Below are positions 48,870-62,480 of a stretch of 64,000 nucleotides of DNA, piece by piece. This DNA is from Takakia lepidozioides (lineage: Eukaryota; Plantae; Bryophyta). The notes beneath the pieces were generated by a model. The model did not search any database. It saw only the letters and a program-made list of their open reading frames with translations, and had not been told where the DNA came from. The stretch spans positions 40,424,001 to 40,488,000 of the forward strand of contig CM060734.1 in NCBI GenBank assembly GCA_030704615.1. The letters run 5' to 3'. Every line of letters begins with the position of its first letter. Positions within the stretch are counted from its first letter, which is position 1. The position numbers were made by a program, and so were the translations under genes.

Positions 48870-51601
48870 AGCCGTGCGATGAGATTGTTCTGATCTAAAT
48901 GTTTGGGTCAACTGCAGCAGGGGGCCTTGCATCATGATCTAATTTTTGTAAATATTAGAGTCACATGTGGTCAGGCAATCATATGAAAACTTTTGAGATC
49001 CTATTGATAGATACATTGACCCACTTCATCTGCAAATTGGAAGAGGTGGCGTGGATGCTTGTCCAAAACAAATTGTCAACTAAATGAGCAAATTGCAATC
49101 GATTCTTTAACATCTTGGATTTCGTGTTAGGCAGATTTCAGTTCTTGGTGAAATGGTGATTGGGTTTTATAAAGCAAGGTCCATGCCCCAATCCTTCTAT
49201 CAAACACCTTGCAGGCACTCTTTTTCTCTTGCAAGTGTCAGTTTGTCAATTAGGTCTGAGGAGTTTAGACTCTGGTTATATGGTTCAAATCTGTGGTAAT
49301 ACATAAAAGGCCATGAAACTGCTGATGCTCCCCTTGGTTGTATTGGTAAAGTCTTCGCATTACCATGTCTTAAGAAAGCTTCCTCTGTGTTACTAAATTC
49401 AGAACATGATGTTAAAGATACAGCCAGAGTGAACACAGACTGTGAGAGAGTTCAGATCCAACAAGTTTTGAGAGCATTGGGACTTGGCGAGCTCTCAGTG
49501 CCAAGGATTGTAGTTGCAATTGTTGACATCAGGCCCTTTACTGGTTTTGGTCTCCACCCATCCAGTTTATTTTGCTTGAGACCCTATATGGACATCACTG
49601 GACTTTCGCCTGGTTGGACTGAGTTCAGTTGTGCGTGAAGGATCTCAACAAATGGTAGTGACATGTGCTTGTTGTGGATATTTGTGAGTCACTAGGTGGA
49701 TAAAATGCTGGGACATTCTTGGTTGCAAAATAAATATATGTTCTTGGTTGTAACCTTCAGTTGCAAGAATGGACAGGTTCTTTGTTGTAGCCCACTTGCA
49801 AGATGACCACCCTCTCACACAGACATGTTCAAGTAGAGAAATTGTTGAACTTAGCCAGTCTCAAAGCACATTTAGCAGATATTAAAGAAGCCACCATTGC
49901 AGTCGTAGAGAGATCCAGTGCAGATCAAAAATCTTTGTTATTGGCAGCCCTCAGTTGAACTGCATGCTTTTCTTGGTGCAGACACCTGCCCTGATTTGTT
50001 GGCCACCCTCACCCAGCTGCATTTTCTAGTGGATCCGTTACGGAATGCCTGTTGTGATGAGAGTGACCCTATAGGTGCAGGCATCAAGCAATGAGCTCAA
50101 ATAAGATGCCCCTGCCTGCTATATGGATTGTCTAACTGGCTCACCAACAGGATGCAAGTGTCTTGCAAGTAAGCATGTAAATTCATTCACTACCAGTCGT
50201 CACATGACAAATCAGATATTCATCATCCAAGAGAAATCAATGTATAAGTGGCTGGCCCCATGATGCAACTGACCTCCACATATCAGTGCAACATTCTACC
50301 CAGGACTGTGCTTGAACATCTGTGCAGGAAGAGGGAATGTACTCATAAGATGTTGTTTGCTGTAGCCTTGCGGCCATTGACGCAAACTGAGCGTAACAGA
50401 AAGAGGTACTCACAAGACAATGTTTGATGTGGCTGTGAGGCCATAGACCTTGCGCCCAGTTCGGGCGAAACAGACAACAGAAGGGCACACTTCAGTAGTG
50501 GGGTTTGGGTTTTACAAATTTCCTCTAGAGAGCCCTTCACAATCTGCTGTGTGTGATGGCCACAGCTTTAGGCTCAGCCTTGCGGTCTTGAAAGTTGGTA
50601 AACAGAGGTGCAGGAACTAAGTTCTTGATGGTCCTGAAGAGGGTCATTCTCTGATAAGAATACCCCTGACATAGTATCAGTGACTGCTTCTTCAGCTCTT
50701 GCCTGCTCGTCTTCCAAATGAGAAGAGTGACCAGGTCTTCAAGCCATACAGTGCAGCTGCTGTAGGTTAGGACCTAGGGAAACCCTATTCTCCCGCCCCA
50801 TCTCCCATTCTCCCATTCTGTTCTGGGAACAACATCCTCAACAGAATAACCGGATCAGGCAATTCTTGAGTGGTGTTACCTAAAACTTAGGCACATTGTT
50901 AGGAAGTAATCCTACACCCCGTTTCTTACCTACATACAAGGGGAAAACCGGTCTGTGTATGTTGCCTAGGCAGGTCCATTTTTTGAGTTCTGTCCAAGTA
51001 AGGGTGCAAACTCTCCTCCCAATCCTCTCTGTTCACATCCTACTAACTTCCTTATCTCATATTGTCCGCTAAGTTCATATCATCATGCCCAACATGCAAA
51101 ACCACCCCTTAATTTTAACTCCAGGTCCTCCAAAAATCCGCGCACCTTTACCCTCTACAGTTGATATCCCCCAACACAGGGGTGTATTTATGTGACAATC
51201 TTCAATCCTGGTTTTAATAGATCTTTGAACTCTACACTTCTATAAACTCTGAAGTTTACAGTCACTTCAATGGTGCAACTTACTTAGAAATGGACTAAAA
51301 AGTCCATGTGCATCATTGAGCAGCCCTAACAGGCAAAGAGGAAAGGTAAGACGAAAAATAAAGGTAGCTCATACAAAGACAGCTAATGCACACTATTCCT
51401 TGCATGAGCTCCTGGGTATGCCCTAGATTGGTTCCAAGTTGAGAGGTTTCCTGAATTCACTCAAACACATTGGCTCCAGTCTGTTCCTTGGCATCATCAG
51501 CACAAGGGCCTCTCAACTACCCTGAAGTATATGGCCCCGACATGCATACAAATTCAGATCCAGTAGTCTTGTCACAGTTGAGCAGGATACCTTCAAGCAG
51601 A

Positions 51602-52882
51602 TCATATCCAATCTCTCTCTTGGAGTTTGAGTGGAAGGTAAACCTCAGACAGATACTGGAATCCAAACGAACTTAAAGCTTGAATCTCAGCTTTCTCCTT
51701 GGTCTTCACCATGAGTTCCAGCTCCTTAACCCAGTTCTGATCCTTCGTTATGAAATCCTCTTCAAGCAAGTCTTTCCCTGTCTTTATATCCTGATCGGTC
51801 ATAGGCAGCCGGCATTGCTCAGGAATTTTGTACTTGTTGAGATCGGACGGCCGAACTCCTAACCATTTGATGTCTGGTGTTGTGAGATTGGAACTATCAT
51901 AGGACATGTTTTTAGATCCACTCATGTACACAGACAGGATCTTCAGTCCATAGGGATCACTGTCCACCAAACCCAGCACAGGTAGCTTCAAATCCGTCTT
52001 CATCTTCTTCAGAAACAGCCGGGTGGCAACGTCAGGCTGCCCTTTGGCTGTGATGATGACACAAGGAAATCTATTGTAAAACCTATCCTCCGCAAGTCGC
52101 ATGAATGCAGCATCTTTTTCTACGAGAAGAATGAAAAGAGCATCACTCTCCATGCCCTGAACCTTGTCGACATTGGGAGGAATGGCTTTTCCACCAACTC
52201 CCATTTTTGTGCAATCGATTCTGTCCCCATCTTCTGTGAAAAAAAGCCTCCCTACCACGACTCCCTTCTCTGAAGCAACCACATTCAAGCTTGATCTTGT
52301 GCACCCCAGCATGCAAGAAACATCATCCAGAACAATATCTGACTGCCCCTGATCCTGAAAGAGTTTAACATCAGTGTAGAAAAGATCTCGTTTAGTCACA
52401 TGTATCTGCTTTGTGCAAAGTTGGTGAACGAGCTGTAGGATCCGTGTCGTGATGGCTGTCTTCCTTACACTGGATATGTTAGCAAACTGACGAAAGGATG
52501 CCTTATCCTTGAGGACAATGCGGTCCAGCTCAGGAACATAGAGCTGATTAGCACTGCTCCTAGAAGGTATGGCGTAGCCAAAGCCATTACCTTCCAAAAT
52601 CGATTTGGCAACGCTCAAAATATTCTTCTCTATCTCGAAGATCACACTGCTGGTATTAAGATCCACCACCTCTTTGCAGGCATGCGCGAGGTGCAAGTCT
52701 GCGAGGGTTCTGGTCTCAGGCTTGGAGTCATGAGCAGTTTGTGAGAAATCCTTCACAGAAGCAAGTATCACAGGATCTGGTTTCAGCTTCTTCTTGAAAT
52801 TAAGTGCAGCCTGGGCCTGCGCCTTTCGAGCTTCCGGTGGCTCGTTGTCCTCGTCGTCGACAGCCCTGCGCTTGTCCGCCAT
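51602..52882 (-). CDS. TOP6A: DNA topoisomerase VI subunit A (SPO11-3/RHL2), intronless CDS, 426 aa
   Basis: [11 protein letters not shown] (catalytic Tyr), toprim LLVEKDAAF and DSDPYG, KAEIQAL; ATG at 52882 (MADKRR). Confidence 0.97.
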   Translation of the reverse strand: MADKRRAVDDEDNEPPEARKAQAQAALNFKKKLKPDPVILASVKDFSQTAHDSKPETRTLADLHLAHACKEVVDLNTSSVIFEIEKNILSVAKSILEGNGFGYAIPSRSSANQLYVPELDRIVLKDKASFRQFANISSVRKTAITTRILQLVHQLCTKQIHVTKRDLFYTDVKLFQDQGQSDIVLDDVSCMLGCTRSSLNVVASEKGVVVGRLFFTEDGDRIDCTKMGVGGKAIPPNVDKVQGMESDALFILLVEKDAAFMRLAEDRFYNRFPCVIITAKGQPDVATRLFLKKMKTDLKLPVLGLVDSDPYGLKILSVYMSGSKNMSYDSSNLTTPDIKWLGVRPSDLNKYKIPEQCRLPMTDQDIKTGKDLLEEDFITKDQNWVKELELMVKTKEKAEIQALSSFGFQYLSEVYLPLKLQERDWI

Positions 52883-53224
52883 CGATGGTTTCCGCAACTG
52901 CTTCAGCTCTCCAGGGTCCTGCAGAATTTTGGAGGGAAAACAAAGAGGTTCTAACGACGATGATCGACGAAGATCTAACGTTCTATTTACACCCACAATC
53001 TTGTCTTTTTAAATCTCTTTTCTCATGATCCGAAAATAATCGACCCATTGTATGGAATGGGGCAATCATTGTCTTGTAATGTTTCCCGAGCTGGTGATTT
53101 TTCTGTCGGTGCCAAGTCGATCCGAGAAACTTGTCGAGGCTACGAAGAAACGATCGAGAGTGAAGCGCAAGGAAATGATGGTAGCTTGAGGATGGTAAAG
53201 CCAGAGAGCTGAGAGCTGGGAGCT
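52883..53224. promoter_or_regulatory. Compact divergent (bidirectional) promoter region between TOP6A and DSE1
   Basis: Only 342 bp separate the two head-to-head start codons. Confidence 0.6.
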
Positions 53225-56200
53225 ATGGCGAGCACAAAGGGCCCAGCACCGGACCCTGTTGCTGTGCTACGCGGTCACCGTGCTGCTGTCAATGTTGTGG
53301 CATTCCACCAGCCCTCTGCCACCCTTCTTTCTGGGTCCGTATTTTCTTCCATAAGCATACAGTTGTTTCCACCCACTCGATTGTAATTTGTTAATTACTC
53401 CTGAAGCATTCTTCTGTCACATTATCTCAGGCTTTGTGAAATTTTATAGAGTCTGTACTTCACTCAATCCATCTCAGGACAACATTTGCAGAAAGAAAGA
53501 GCCATGGCAAGAAACGTCCAATCTGCTTTCAACATGCAAGAGTGCCAACTATTGTTGGAGGCTTTAGACATATTCGGTTGATGGATGCATAGTCATAGGG
53601 GTTATGTGATTCTGCCATCGTCCCAGGGAAATGTGTATGAGAATTTCATTATGCATTTCAGACGCTGTTTGGTGTGAAGGAATACAAAGTGTATGACACT
53701 CATGCTCACCAGGCCTGAAATTCTATGCTTGCGAGTAATGATGACAGCGTCACTCGCCGAGGGATTCTTAACCCAAGTGGTGAAAATTGGGGCATGTTAC
53801 TTTGGATCCTACGTCGTAGACCTTGACTGATGATGTTGATGATTCGGGGCCCCAAGCAAGGGATCCCTGTTGGGCCTGTGAATTCTCTACCAAAGTCTCG
53901 TTTTGCCTAACAAGACTTCAGCTCCATCGTCTTTGGCAAGTTTTGATGTATCGTCCTGCTTCAAGGTAGTTAGCAAGCATGATGACAAGATGGGCATCGC
54001 CTCTGAAGTAGGGCATCTTCATCTCTGAGTGCTGGCCATCAGCCATAACATTGGAGACATACTGAGGGACATGAAAATTGCAGGGATGCGGATGGGGACC
54101 TGAAGATTTGGGATTTGGTGAGGCATAGGCCCCTGTCTTCTTCAAGGTACAGTGGATCAAGAGACTTAGCTGCTGTTTGTTGCACTGTTCATTATGAAAT
54201 AAGTAATGATCCAAGGTTTGTGAGGTCATTTCTCGATCCTGGCCTCATCCTAAGGTGATCTTAAACGTGTGGCAAAGGCCAGGGTCACCTTGATTCACAG
54301 CAAAACAAATGCCCATCTGCAGGGGAAATAGTTACTGAGGTTAAGCATATGCCAATGGAGAGGCCTATTGGTAGGCACTTGCACCACATGAGAGGCTGGG
54401 TGGAAATCCACTGATTTGGAATAAGGGGCCAAACATCCTCGAATGATTGTTTTGATTATTTTTTTCCTTACGGAAGCAGTGGCCCATCAATTTTGAGGTA
54501 GCTGTTCAGCTTGTGGATGCAGTCTTTTCCTTGTCTCTTCTTGTGCAGATGGTTGCTTTGGAGCAAATCTACATCTATTCAGAAATGTCTGTGTTTTGTG
54601 GGTGCAAATCTAGTGTTAAATGCTACAGTGGTTTTGCAGAGTGCACAGTCCAGCTGCTGGGGTGATTGGTATAGGAGTGTGCAATGCACTGGGCTATAGA
54701 GTTCTGAGGTGAGCTGTTCCTCAACCTTCTGATGTTATTAGGTGTCCAGCGAGTAAAGTTTCTCCACATTCTTCAACTGTCATTTGGATATGACCGGCAC
54801 TGTCATAGTGGTCAAGTCTTGTTTCTCCAATAGGAAGGTGGAGTCGAACCAGGTGGAACAGGTGCTGTCACGTAGTTTTCTCAAAACTAGGACATTTAAC
54901 TGATGGGCTAGCAAGTTTTTAAATGGGTATTGGTCTTTGGCAGCCAAGGTCGGGATGGAACTGTGAAGTGCTGGCAGCTGACTGAATCGTCCTTGTCGAG
55001 GTGCCACTTAAGTACTCCTATTCTGGTGCTTTCTTAGCTTGCAAATGTGTGTAGGGATGTGCTGACCATTGTCAAAGTGCTTTATTTCCAGCACTTCCCT
55101 CAGTTGTTGCACTTCTTTGTCACTTGAGGACTTTCCAAGTTGCCACCAAATTAGCTAGCTGTGCCTCTTCATGAGCGACAGAGTTGGTGACTGTCACATG
55201 CAGGCAACCTTTGCTCACTATCAAGACAGAGGCATATCACTTTTGCAAGCTCTCTCTTGCCACCACAAAAATTGAACCTGAAGGAGACGATGTACTGGAG
55301 TTCACATCACCACAGCAATCAGCACATTTACAGAGCCCATTCCTTGAAGATGACATGACACATACAGAAATGAGTGAGCGAAATTCCAAGACACCTTGTT
55401 CAGATACTGGTGCCCAAACTCAAGCAGATGACAAGCTTGCTTCTGCTACAGAAACAGGTAGGAAAGATCAAGATATGAGAATGGTATGACTATTCACTTT
55501 GGGAATGCTTGTGAATGTTTTGATTTACCGGAAAATACAAGAAATTCTTGCTATGCAGTTCGCTGCTCACTGATATGATAGTGGTGGATGGGAACTGAAT
55601 GGAGTGGGCAGTGGGCGTGGGGAATGCAAGCATTGGGAGAGGTAGAGTGCTCATGGCGATTGCAGGAAAGGAGCCGTCTGCGGTAGGGCTAATCATTCTG
55701 CTCTGACGTGTTACTTAATATGAAGGGGATACTGGCTGGGTGTCTTCTTGAAATTCTCTATGACATACTACTGACAGTTCATGAGAGGAAGATTGTCAAC
55801 ATTACATGCGATGGAATGGGATGGTGCAGGTAGAGATGTGGGACCTTGATGCAGGCAAATGTGCGCAACAGCTTACCTCCTCATCTTCATCAGGTCGCGT
55901 CATAACTGCTCCCTATGCTCATCTCGCTTTTCTGACTCCATTTCAATGTGACCTGACATGATGTCCATGCCTGGGTTTCTGAATGCAGGAATGTGTATGG
56001 CCTTGCAAGCCTTCGTTCAGCCTGAAGCACAGGGCGTTTGCATGGTGGTTGCTGGGTTAGTAGCAAAGGTCACATGCCTTCTAGTGACTTGGCTTTCTGA
56101 TAGCAAGACTGTTTGTCATAGCATACCTTGTTGTTTTTTGAGTTTCTAATTTGTCAAAAGAAATGATTCTGCAGAGACTAGGGCTTAAATCACTCATGTC

Positions 56201-57816
56201 AAGAGCGAGTATGGTGATTTGAATCCAGGTCATGTGGTAAACCATGATATCCGTGACATATCTTTATGAAGTATCCGTCAGTGACATTTTGAACCCAGGG
56301 GCATGGTACCCTTGGGTGAAATGTCTAGAGCCTTGGCTAGGAGCAATTGACCAGCGTCTATGGGATCCCCATAAGACCACAGGGTCTTCTTTTGGACATT
56401 AGTAGCTAATACCATAAACATCAGGGTCATCGTCATTGCTGATAAATTGAGAAAATGTTGCAGTTACGAAGATGGAACGATGTCCGTGTGGGACATGCGC
56501 AATGTAGCAGCACCCCTGCTGCAAGCCAGGCTGCACACTGAGCCAGGTGAGCGATTGTTAGTAAGTTTGATCTGGGTGCATGCTCGTGCATCTATGTTCA
56601 TGTAAGCTCCATCTCACTAGGTTGTTGTACATTGCATTGCAGTGTTGAGCATTGCCATGGATGGAGCAGGAGTAGGTGGTGTGTCAGGCTCTGCAGATAG
56701 CAACACAGTGTTTTTTGTTCTCGACTACCAAGTGGTGCGTGTGCTCCATATCATCTATCTTGGCATGCAAGCATGCCTGGGCGGCTGCTGTGGCCAGTAA
56801 TCTTGGTAGTGAAAGTAAGGCTAGTCAGGATGTAATTGGTATTGGTCCCTGAAATAGGTACTTCCCGGACTTGTATCCAGTCCCATGTCCAACTCAAGTG
56901 TGAAATTGGGAAATGACTGCTCTTGGGGTTTGTATTGGGACTGCTTGCTCTGGACCCCTGCTGCCATTCTAACTTGCGGTTGACTGGGTTAAGTGCAGAA
57001 TAAGTGTGTTGTGAAGAAACAATTTAGCGGTCAACCTGGCATTGGAGATATTGCAATTCGTAATGATGACAAGCTTGTTGCCACTGCTGGTTGGGATCAC
57101 CGGTACGCAGACCATGGTGACCTTGTCTTTATGTACGCCCTGGTGTCAGAGGGCTCTCACTGAAGTGCTTTTACACCAGGGCCACTCTTGACTGAACTTA
57201 TGTCCTAACATATGCTGAACACGTGTAACTTGTGGTTCTTCATGCAAGCCTTTTATAGCTCTCAGTCTAGTGCATTGCCATCAACTTACAGCATGGTTGG
57301 CAACACACTTCTCTTTGATGCAATAATGTACAGAATTGAGATTCCTCGCATAAAAACATGGAGGGAAGGGGTGTGACAGGGTCCGTGTGTATGACTATCA
57401 GCGCAGAAGACCTCTAGCTATCCTCAAGTACCACTCATCTTCGGTACTATTTCAACCATCCACACACCCTTGGTTACAGTCCACGAACACTTGGATGCCC
57501 ATGATTGTTAACTCAGCTAGACATGATAGCAACCTCAAGACACATGCTTGTCTGGACTGTGGCGGTAGTTTGCTATTGTGTTGTCCATTTCTCGTCAATA
57601 TTGCTTTCTTTGGCTTTCAAGTAGCTGTACTGGAGCCCCTGTTAAGACTCCACTGGTATCTCTTCCCTGGCACTTAGTCTGAAATGCTTCACTAATGCTG
57701 AAAATTGGTGTAGGAAACAGGTGACCGGAGTTACTTTCTCTGAGGACAGGAGATGGATGGCATCATCATCAAGAGATGCTACAGTCGCCCTATGGTCCTT
57801 GTACCCTCCTGTATAG
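53225..57816 (+). CDS. DSE1: DSE1/ALT2/TAN-like (ASA1/GNB1L family) WD40 protein (about 13 exons)
   Basis: MASTKGPAPDPVAVLRGHRAAV; DADGDLKIWD (~54084); QGRDGTVKCW; YHFCKLSL; GMCMALQ; YEDGTMSVWD; ATAGWDHR; PLAILKYH; ASSSRDATVALWSLYPPV*. GT-AG junctions. Most exons are absent from the ORF track. Confidence 0.92.
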
Positions 57817-58977
57817 AGGACATGCACAACCCAGTGGAGAAAACAATGTCACTCCTCAAGTACGTAGATGGTGTTCACCATTATCTGCCTTGCAACCTAG
57901 AGACAGTCCGACTTACTTCCCTGAAGCTTGTTGACATCTTGGCTGAATGTTGTGGGATGCTAAAATCAAGGCATGTAGAGGTCCAATCATTTTGTTGTCA
58001 TTCCATGGAACAGAATGGCGGGATGACGCCCTATCTAGGCATGTCAGACTGTCATGGTTCCTGAGATAGATTGCAGCATCCCTCTCATGCGGGACTGGCT
58101 GTGGTTTAGTGGGAGATGACTGAACTCTTTTATAATGGTCACTACAAGAGTTTCTGGGGAGAGTCGAAAGCCAAGTACTTGAGAGAACAGGCAGCAATCA
58201 GCAAATTTGTTTTGAAGGGCAACGGAGGCTGAAGTGCATTGAAAGGACGAGGAAAAAATAATAACGTGAGGCCATGAGGCTTACAAAGGGGATACCACAC
58301 ACATGGCCAGGCCGCTCAGCAAAGAGACAAAAAAAACCTAGGAGGCCAAATCAAAACTTAGTTGATCACTAAATTTGGAGTAGCTCAGCAGTGACGCCAT
58401 TTGACCTCTCCATCTTCGCCTTAAGTTGGAGAGTTCCCAATCTTGGGGGAGTTTTTCCATCCAAGCAACGCATGTGTCAGAAATACAGGTGCAGATGATG
58501 CTGCTCTTGCAGTTTCCAGGAGAAACCAAATGCCTTGAGAGGGTTTTTGCACACTGACCCATCTTTAAAGAAAAAAGAAAATTAATATCATTTTTTGAAA
58601 AAAATAAAAATTACCCTTCAGGACGTTTGTTTTGTTTTGTTTTGTTTTGTAGCGTTGTTGAGATCTCCCAAACCATGGGGCCCCAGCCCCGGTGCTTGGT
58701 GTCGTTGGAAAGCCCTCGATGAGGAGGGGTGCACCGGCTTGGTCTCATGATTTTTGGACCTACGGTGTGGGAGATGTGGAATTTCAGTTACTTTGGGTTG
58801 CTGGAAATTCGGGAAAAGTAGCAAAGTGGACTTTCCTGGAGCAGTGATTGGTCCTTCACGTAGGAGATTTGGAATTTCAGTATTTTTGGACGCTGGAAAT
58901 TCGCGAAAAATAACAAAGTGGATATATCAATATATTAAGCCTCGATAGGGAAGATTGCAAAATTAGCAAAGTGGGCT

Positions 58978-59200
58978 TTGGGATTGCACTTGGACGTAGG
59001 CAACATTGGATGCTGGAGGTCGCACTTGGACCTCTATATGGGAGACGCACATGGATACATAGGAGATTGCACTTGGGCTTAGATTTCCAATTCTTCACAC
59101 ATGGGCCAATGGCACAAGCTACCCTAGATCTCGCAAACAGTGGGGTCTCTGGACACATAGGGGATTGCACTTGGACATAGATGATAGTGGACACTTGGGC
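58978..59200 (+). repeat. Short dispersed motif array (GATTGCACTTGG-like, about 5 copies) within a probable TE remnant
   Basis: Copies near 58982, 59020, 59064, 59163 and 59191. Confidence 0.5.
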
Positions 59201-60225
59201 CAACGGCATAGGTTACCCTAGTAATCTTTTATCTCAAGGGCTACTTCCCCTTTTCTTTAAAATAAAATAAAATAAAACGAACTTGAGGTTCAAGGGAAAA
59301 AAGAACCTTGAGGTATTGTAGTAGGTTTGGCTCGGCCCCGAAAATGAAGAGCGAGGCACCACAGACAAACAAGATACGCGAGGGGACACGGATGTAAATC
59401 TGTGTAGGAGCTTTCATTTAATTAAAATCTTTTTAAATGACTGCCTTTGTGCATTCTTTTTCTTTCTTTTTTTCTTGTTTTTGAGAGAACAGGGGACAGT
59501 GCCCTGAATTTAGTTTTTATTTGAATTATTTTGGGGAAAAAAATTAAAACCTCAATTGGCACAGGGCCACCATAAGGCCAATACACACGGCGAACCGTAA
59601 CGGATACCCCAGAGAACAGTAACGATTAGCAGAGCTAAGCTGAGAGATTGATGCTGAAAAACATTGCAGGAACAATTCCTTGAAGAAAGATTTCAACCAA
59701 GATGTTATTCAAGGTTAAGATAAACAAGACTAGACCAATAAATGGGTTGTAGTCTAAGAACGTAGAGTTTTACATATCTCCGACATAATCATGCTGGATT
59801 CAAGTGACCACTGCTTAGAAACAGATAAACTGAGTCGATGAGGAGAGACGAGTCTATCTGAGGTAAGATAGTCTAGTCTTCGTGGAGGTTTTAACGTGTT
59901 TCCAATTGATGTCTGCTTTGTCAAATTTTGGGGAAGCGGAAGAGGAGGGTCCACTGCCATCGAGTAGGGATCTGCTTCGCAGGAGTCTGCCCCAGAGCAT
60001 CTGCAAATGAGCCCCCTTCTGCCCCAGGTTGATCTAAAGCGGTCGAAGAGATAAAGATGACGTTTAGGGGCTCTGGCGATCTCTGCACTCACCATTTTCC
60101 AAGCAAGCTCAGCTGCAATGGTGAGGTCAAAATAACGTAAGGAATTTCCAAAAAAACTCCTTTGTATTTCAAGTGGGCTTATTTCGTGGAATAAAGTGCC
60201 AGGCTGGCTAGTAGCGTTACGAACT

Positions 60226-60311
60226 GCTGCTAGGGGGGTATTCTGTTCCTACCTGCGCTCCCAGACCCCCGAAGGGTCGAGGGCAGGTAGGAACAGAATA
60301 CCCCCAGTAGC
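60226..60311. other. Strong hairpin with a 23-bp perfect stem
   Basis: GGGGGTATTCTGTTCCTACCTGC (60234-60256) pairs with GCAGGTAGGAACAGAATACCCCC (60283-60305); inner GACCC/GGGTC stem. Confidence 0.9.
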
Positions 60312-60740
60312 TAAGCGCCACGTGGGGAAGCTATCGTGAGTAGCGCACACAAAGCCCATGTTCCCCACTTCCACCAGAGGTGGGGGACGTGGGGGGACGT
60401 GGGGGGATTATGGAAGATAATCCCACCCAGAAAAAAGAAAGCCATAAAGTCGACCAAAAGAAAATTACGACAGCAAAGCCCTCCCCTTCCCTCTCCGAGC
60501 AGCGGCCCTTGCCCTGGCCCTATCAAAGCCGTGGTGGAGCCTTCCAGGCTGTACGGTCCGCTCGTTGCTCCTGCAATGCATCCCTATACTTAACACCTGC
60601 CACTTGCAAAAATCCCATACTCTCACACCTGTACAATGTACACTAGCTACCCCCCAGAAAAACCACTAGTCTCACCCCATTACTAACCCGCGGCTTGGAC
60701 CTCCCCTTGTGATGATTGGTGAACAACTAACTTAGAGATG

Positions 60741-60927
60741 AAGATAAAGATAAAGATAAAATTTCTTTAATGTCCAATGAATTTACAAAGCCTACTGCTC
60801 AACACACAGGCCATCGAGGGCCCAATGGACAGTCTGAAGGCACATGTTGAAGAATTGAACCCAGGATCACCTAGGTTATGCACAGGCAAGGCACAAACAC
60901 CCAACCACTGGGCTACCTACTCAAGTG
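60741..60927 (-). mobile_element. tRNA-derived SINE, copy 2
   Basis: Same family as 43435-43623; B-box GGTTCAATTC; flanking GATGAAG direct repeat is a probable TSD. Confidence 0.78.
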
Positions 60928-62239
60928 ATGAAGCAAAGTTTGGATAAGATGAAGACTTCTAACTACAAGTTCGCAAAGCTCGCTTGGCAGGGTTATTTTT
61001 TCCTTGTGTACTTTCTCTGCTTAATGCAATTGTGTTGGATGGATATATCTAGTTGAACCTCCGTATGGAATACTAATATGAGTACATGTATTGAAGAACA
61101 TACCAGTTGGGTATGACTCAGTATGAAGGAGCTAGTCTACCCAAGTGATACATGAAGTAGGAAGTAGGTATGTCTTTAGAATTTCACACGCATATACCAG
61201 ACCATCTGGGTAACACACTCTGCAATGTGGTGCGGTGAGTTTATGTGGATGGAGCTAGGTCTGAATATAGAGTGGCATAGGTTTCTGCCCCTATGCTGCC
61301 CAGCTGAAACATGTTACAAAATGATCCAAGTACTAAGAGCCACGACTAAATAATCATACCTTTAAACTATATCTGAATTTATTTTGCGGAGATCATGTGA
61401 GCTTAATGATCGATCTCAGAAATGGTTTTTGACATCACGACATATTGATATAAATGAAATGTCAATAGAAATACCATACTACTGCTCATATACCCCAAGT
61501 ATAAAAATAAACAAGCCGCAAACTGCGAGAGGCTCTGTCCATTGAAGCAACAATTTATCTCTCATGGAAAAACCCATTGGGACAAAACACACGAGGAAGA
61601 AAACCTTACGCGACAAAAAAGTTGGAACACCATGCTACACTAACTCGAATTCATGAAACACAAGAAATCTAGATAAAGATTTCAAATTAAAAGTCTAAGT
61701 ACATGAAATTCAGAAATTTAGAATAAGTTAGGAGGAGACGCGGCGATGGCGGAGCTGCGAGACAACCTCCAACGGTCATTGCACCTCTATCCTTCACCAC
61801 CATCGCCTCGTTTCCTCTCCTTAGTTCTACAGCTCTATGTCCTTCAGCTTCCTCTCACGGTTGGCTTCCTATTGATATGCAAAATATCCTCCTAAGATGA
61901 TATCTGAAACCATCTTATGGTTTTGATTTTTGGCTTCAAAGTCGAGAAAGAACCCCAACGGTCTCTTCATCTCTCCCACCTTCTTGCCTCGATTGTCCCA
62001 CCATTGACTGGGGTCAGAAAAATATTCATTCCACAACTTCTCCTCGTCTGTGTTACCTGTTTCTGATACTTTCCTGTTGTCACATTGGCAGAATCATGTC
62101 AAAGTCACTCCAAACTATCAAAGCTTCACTCAACCAGCTAACTTGCATAATTCAGACATGAATAATTAGGGGCGATTCTGATAAGAGGGGAAAACAAGGT
62201 GAAATTGAAGAAGGTGCCTTCATTAGCAGTCATTACACT

Positions 62240-62480
62240 CTATCCTTTACTCAGCCATATTGTTGAACACTCCCTGTCCACAAGGGTATTGTTCAGAATG
62301 ACATCTGCCACAATTCCAGCTTTGATGATGCAACCATGGACCTCTTTGCCCTTCCCCAGCAAGCTCGCACATGCACTACAAACGCAAACAACTGGTTGTG
62401 GCAAACTGGGAGCAATATGTGTCAGAAGAAACCACTTATACAAATCTACAGCTTACAAGCTGTCTCTATCCTCAAAATTG
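62240..62480 (-). pseudogene. PLS-class PPR fragment
   Basis: VCVCSACASLLGKGKEVHGCIIKAGIVADVILNNTLVD. Confidence 0.75.

Noticed and set aside
52883-52996. N-terminal extension of the 464-aa TOP6A ORF
   Set aside because: It starts at a non-ATG codon; the first ATG (52882) gives a typical-length protein and the extension overlaps a probable 5' UTR intron.
53737-53830. C/D-box snoRNA candidate in DSE1 intron 1 (ATGATGA...CTGA)
   Set aside because: No terminal stem and no rRNA/snRNA complementarity that I could recognise.
59754-60200. Minus-strand 113-aa ORF as a gene
   Set aside because: Only a vague resemblance to a LINE ORF2 C-terminus; not enough to call.
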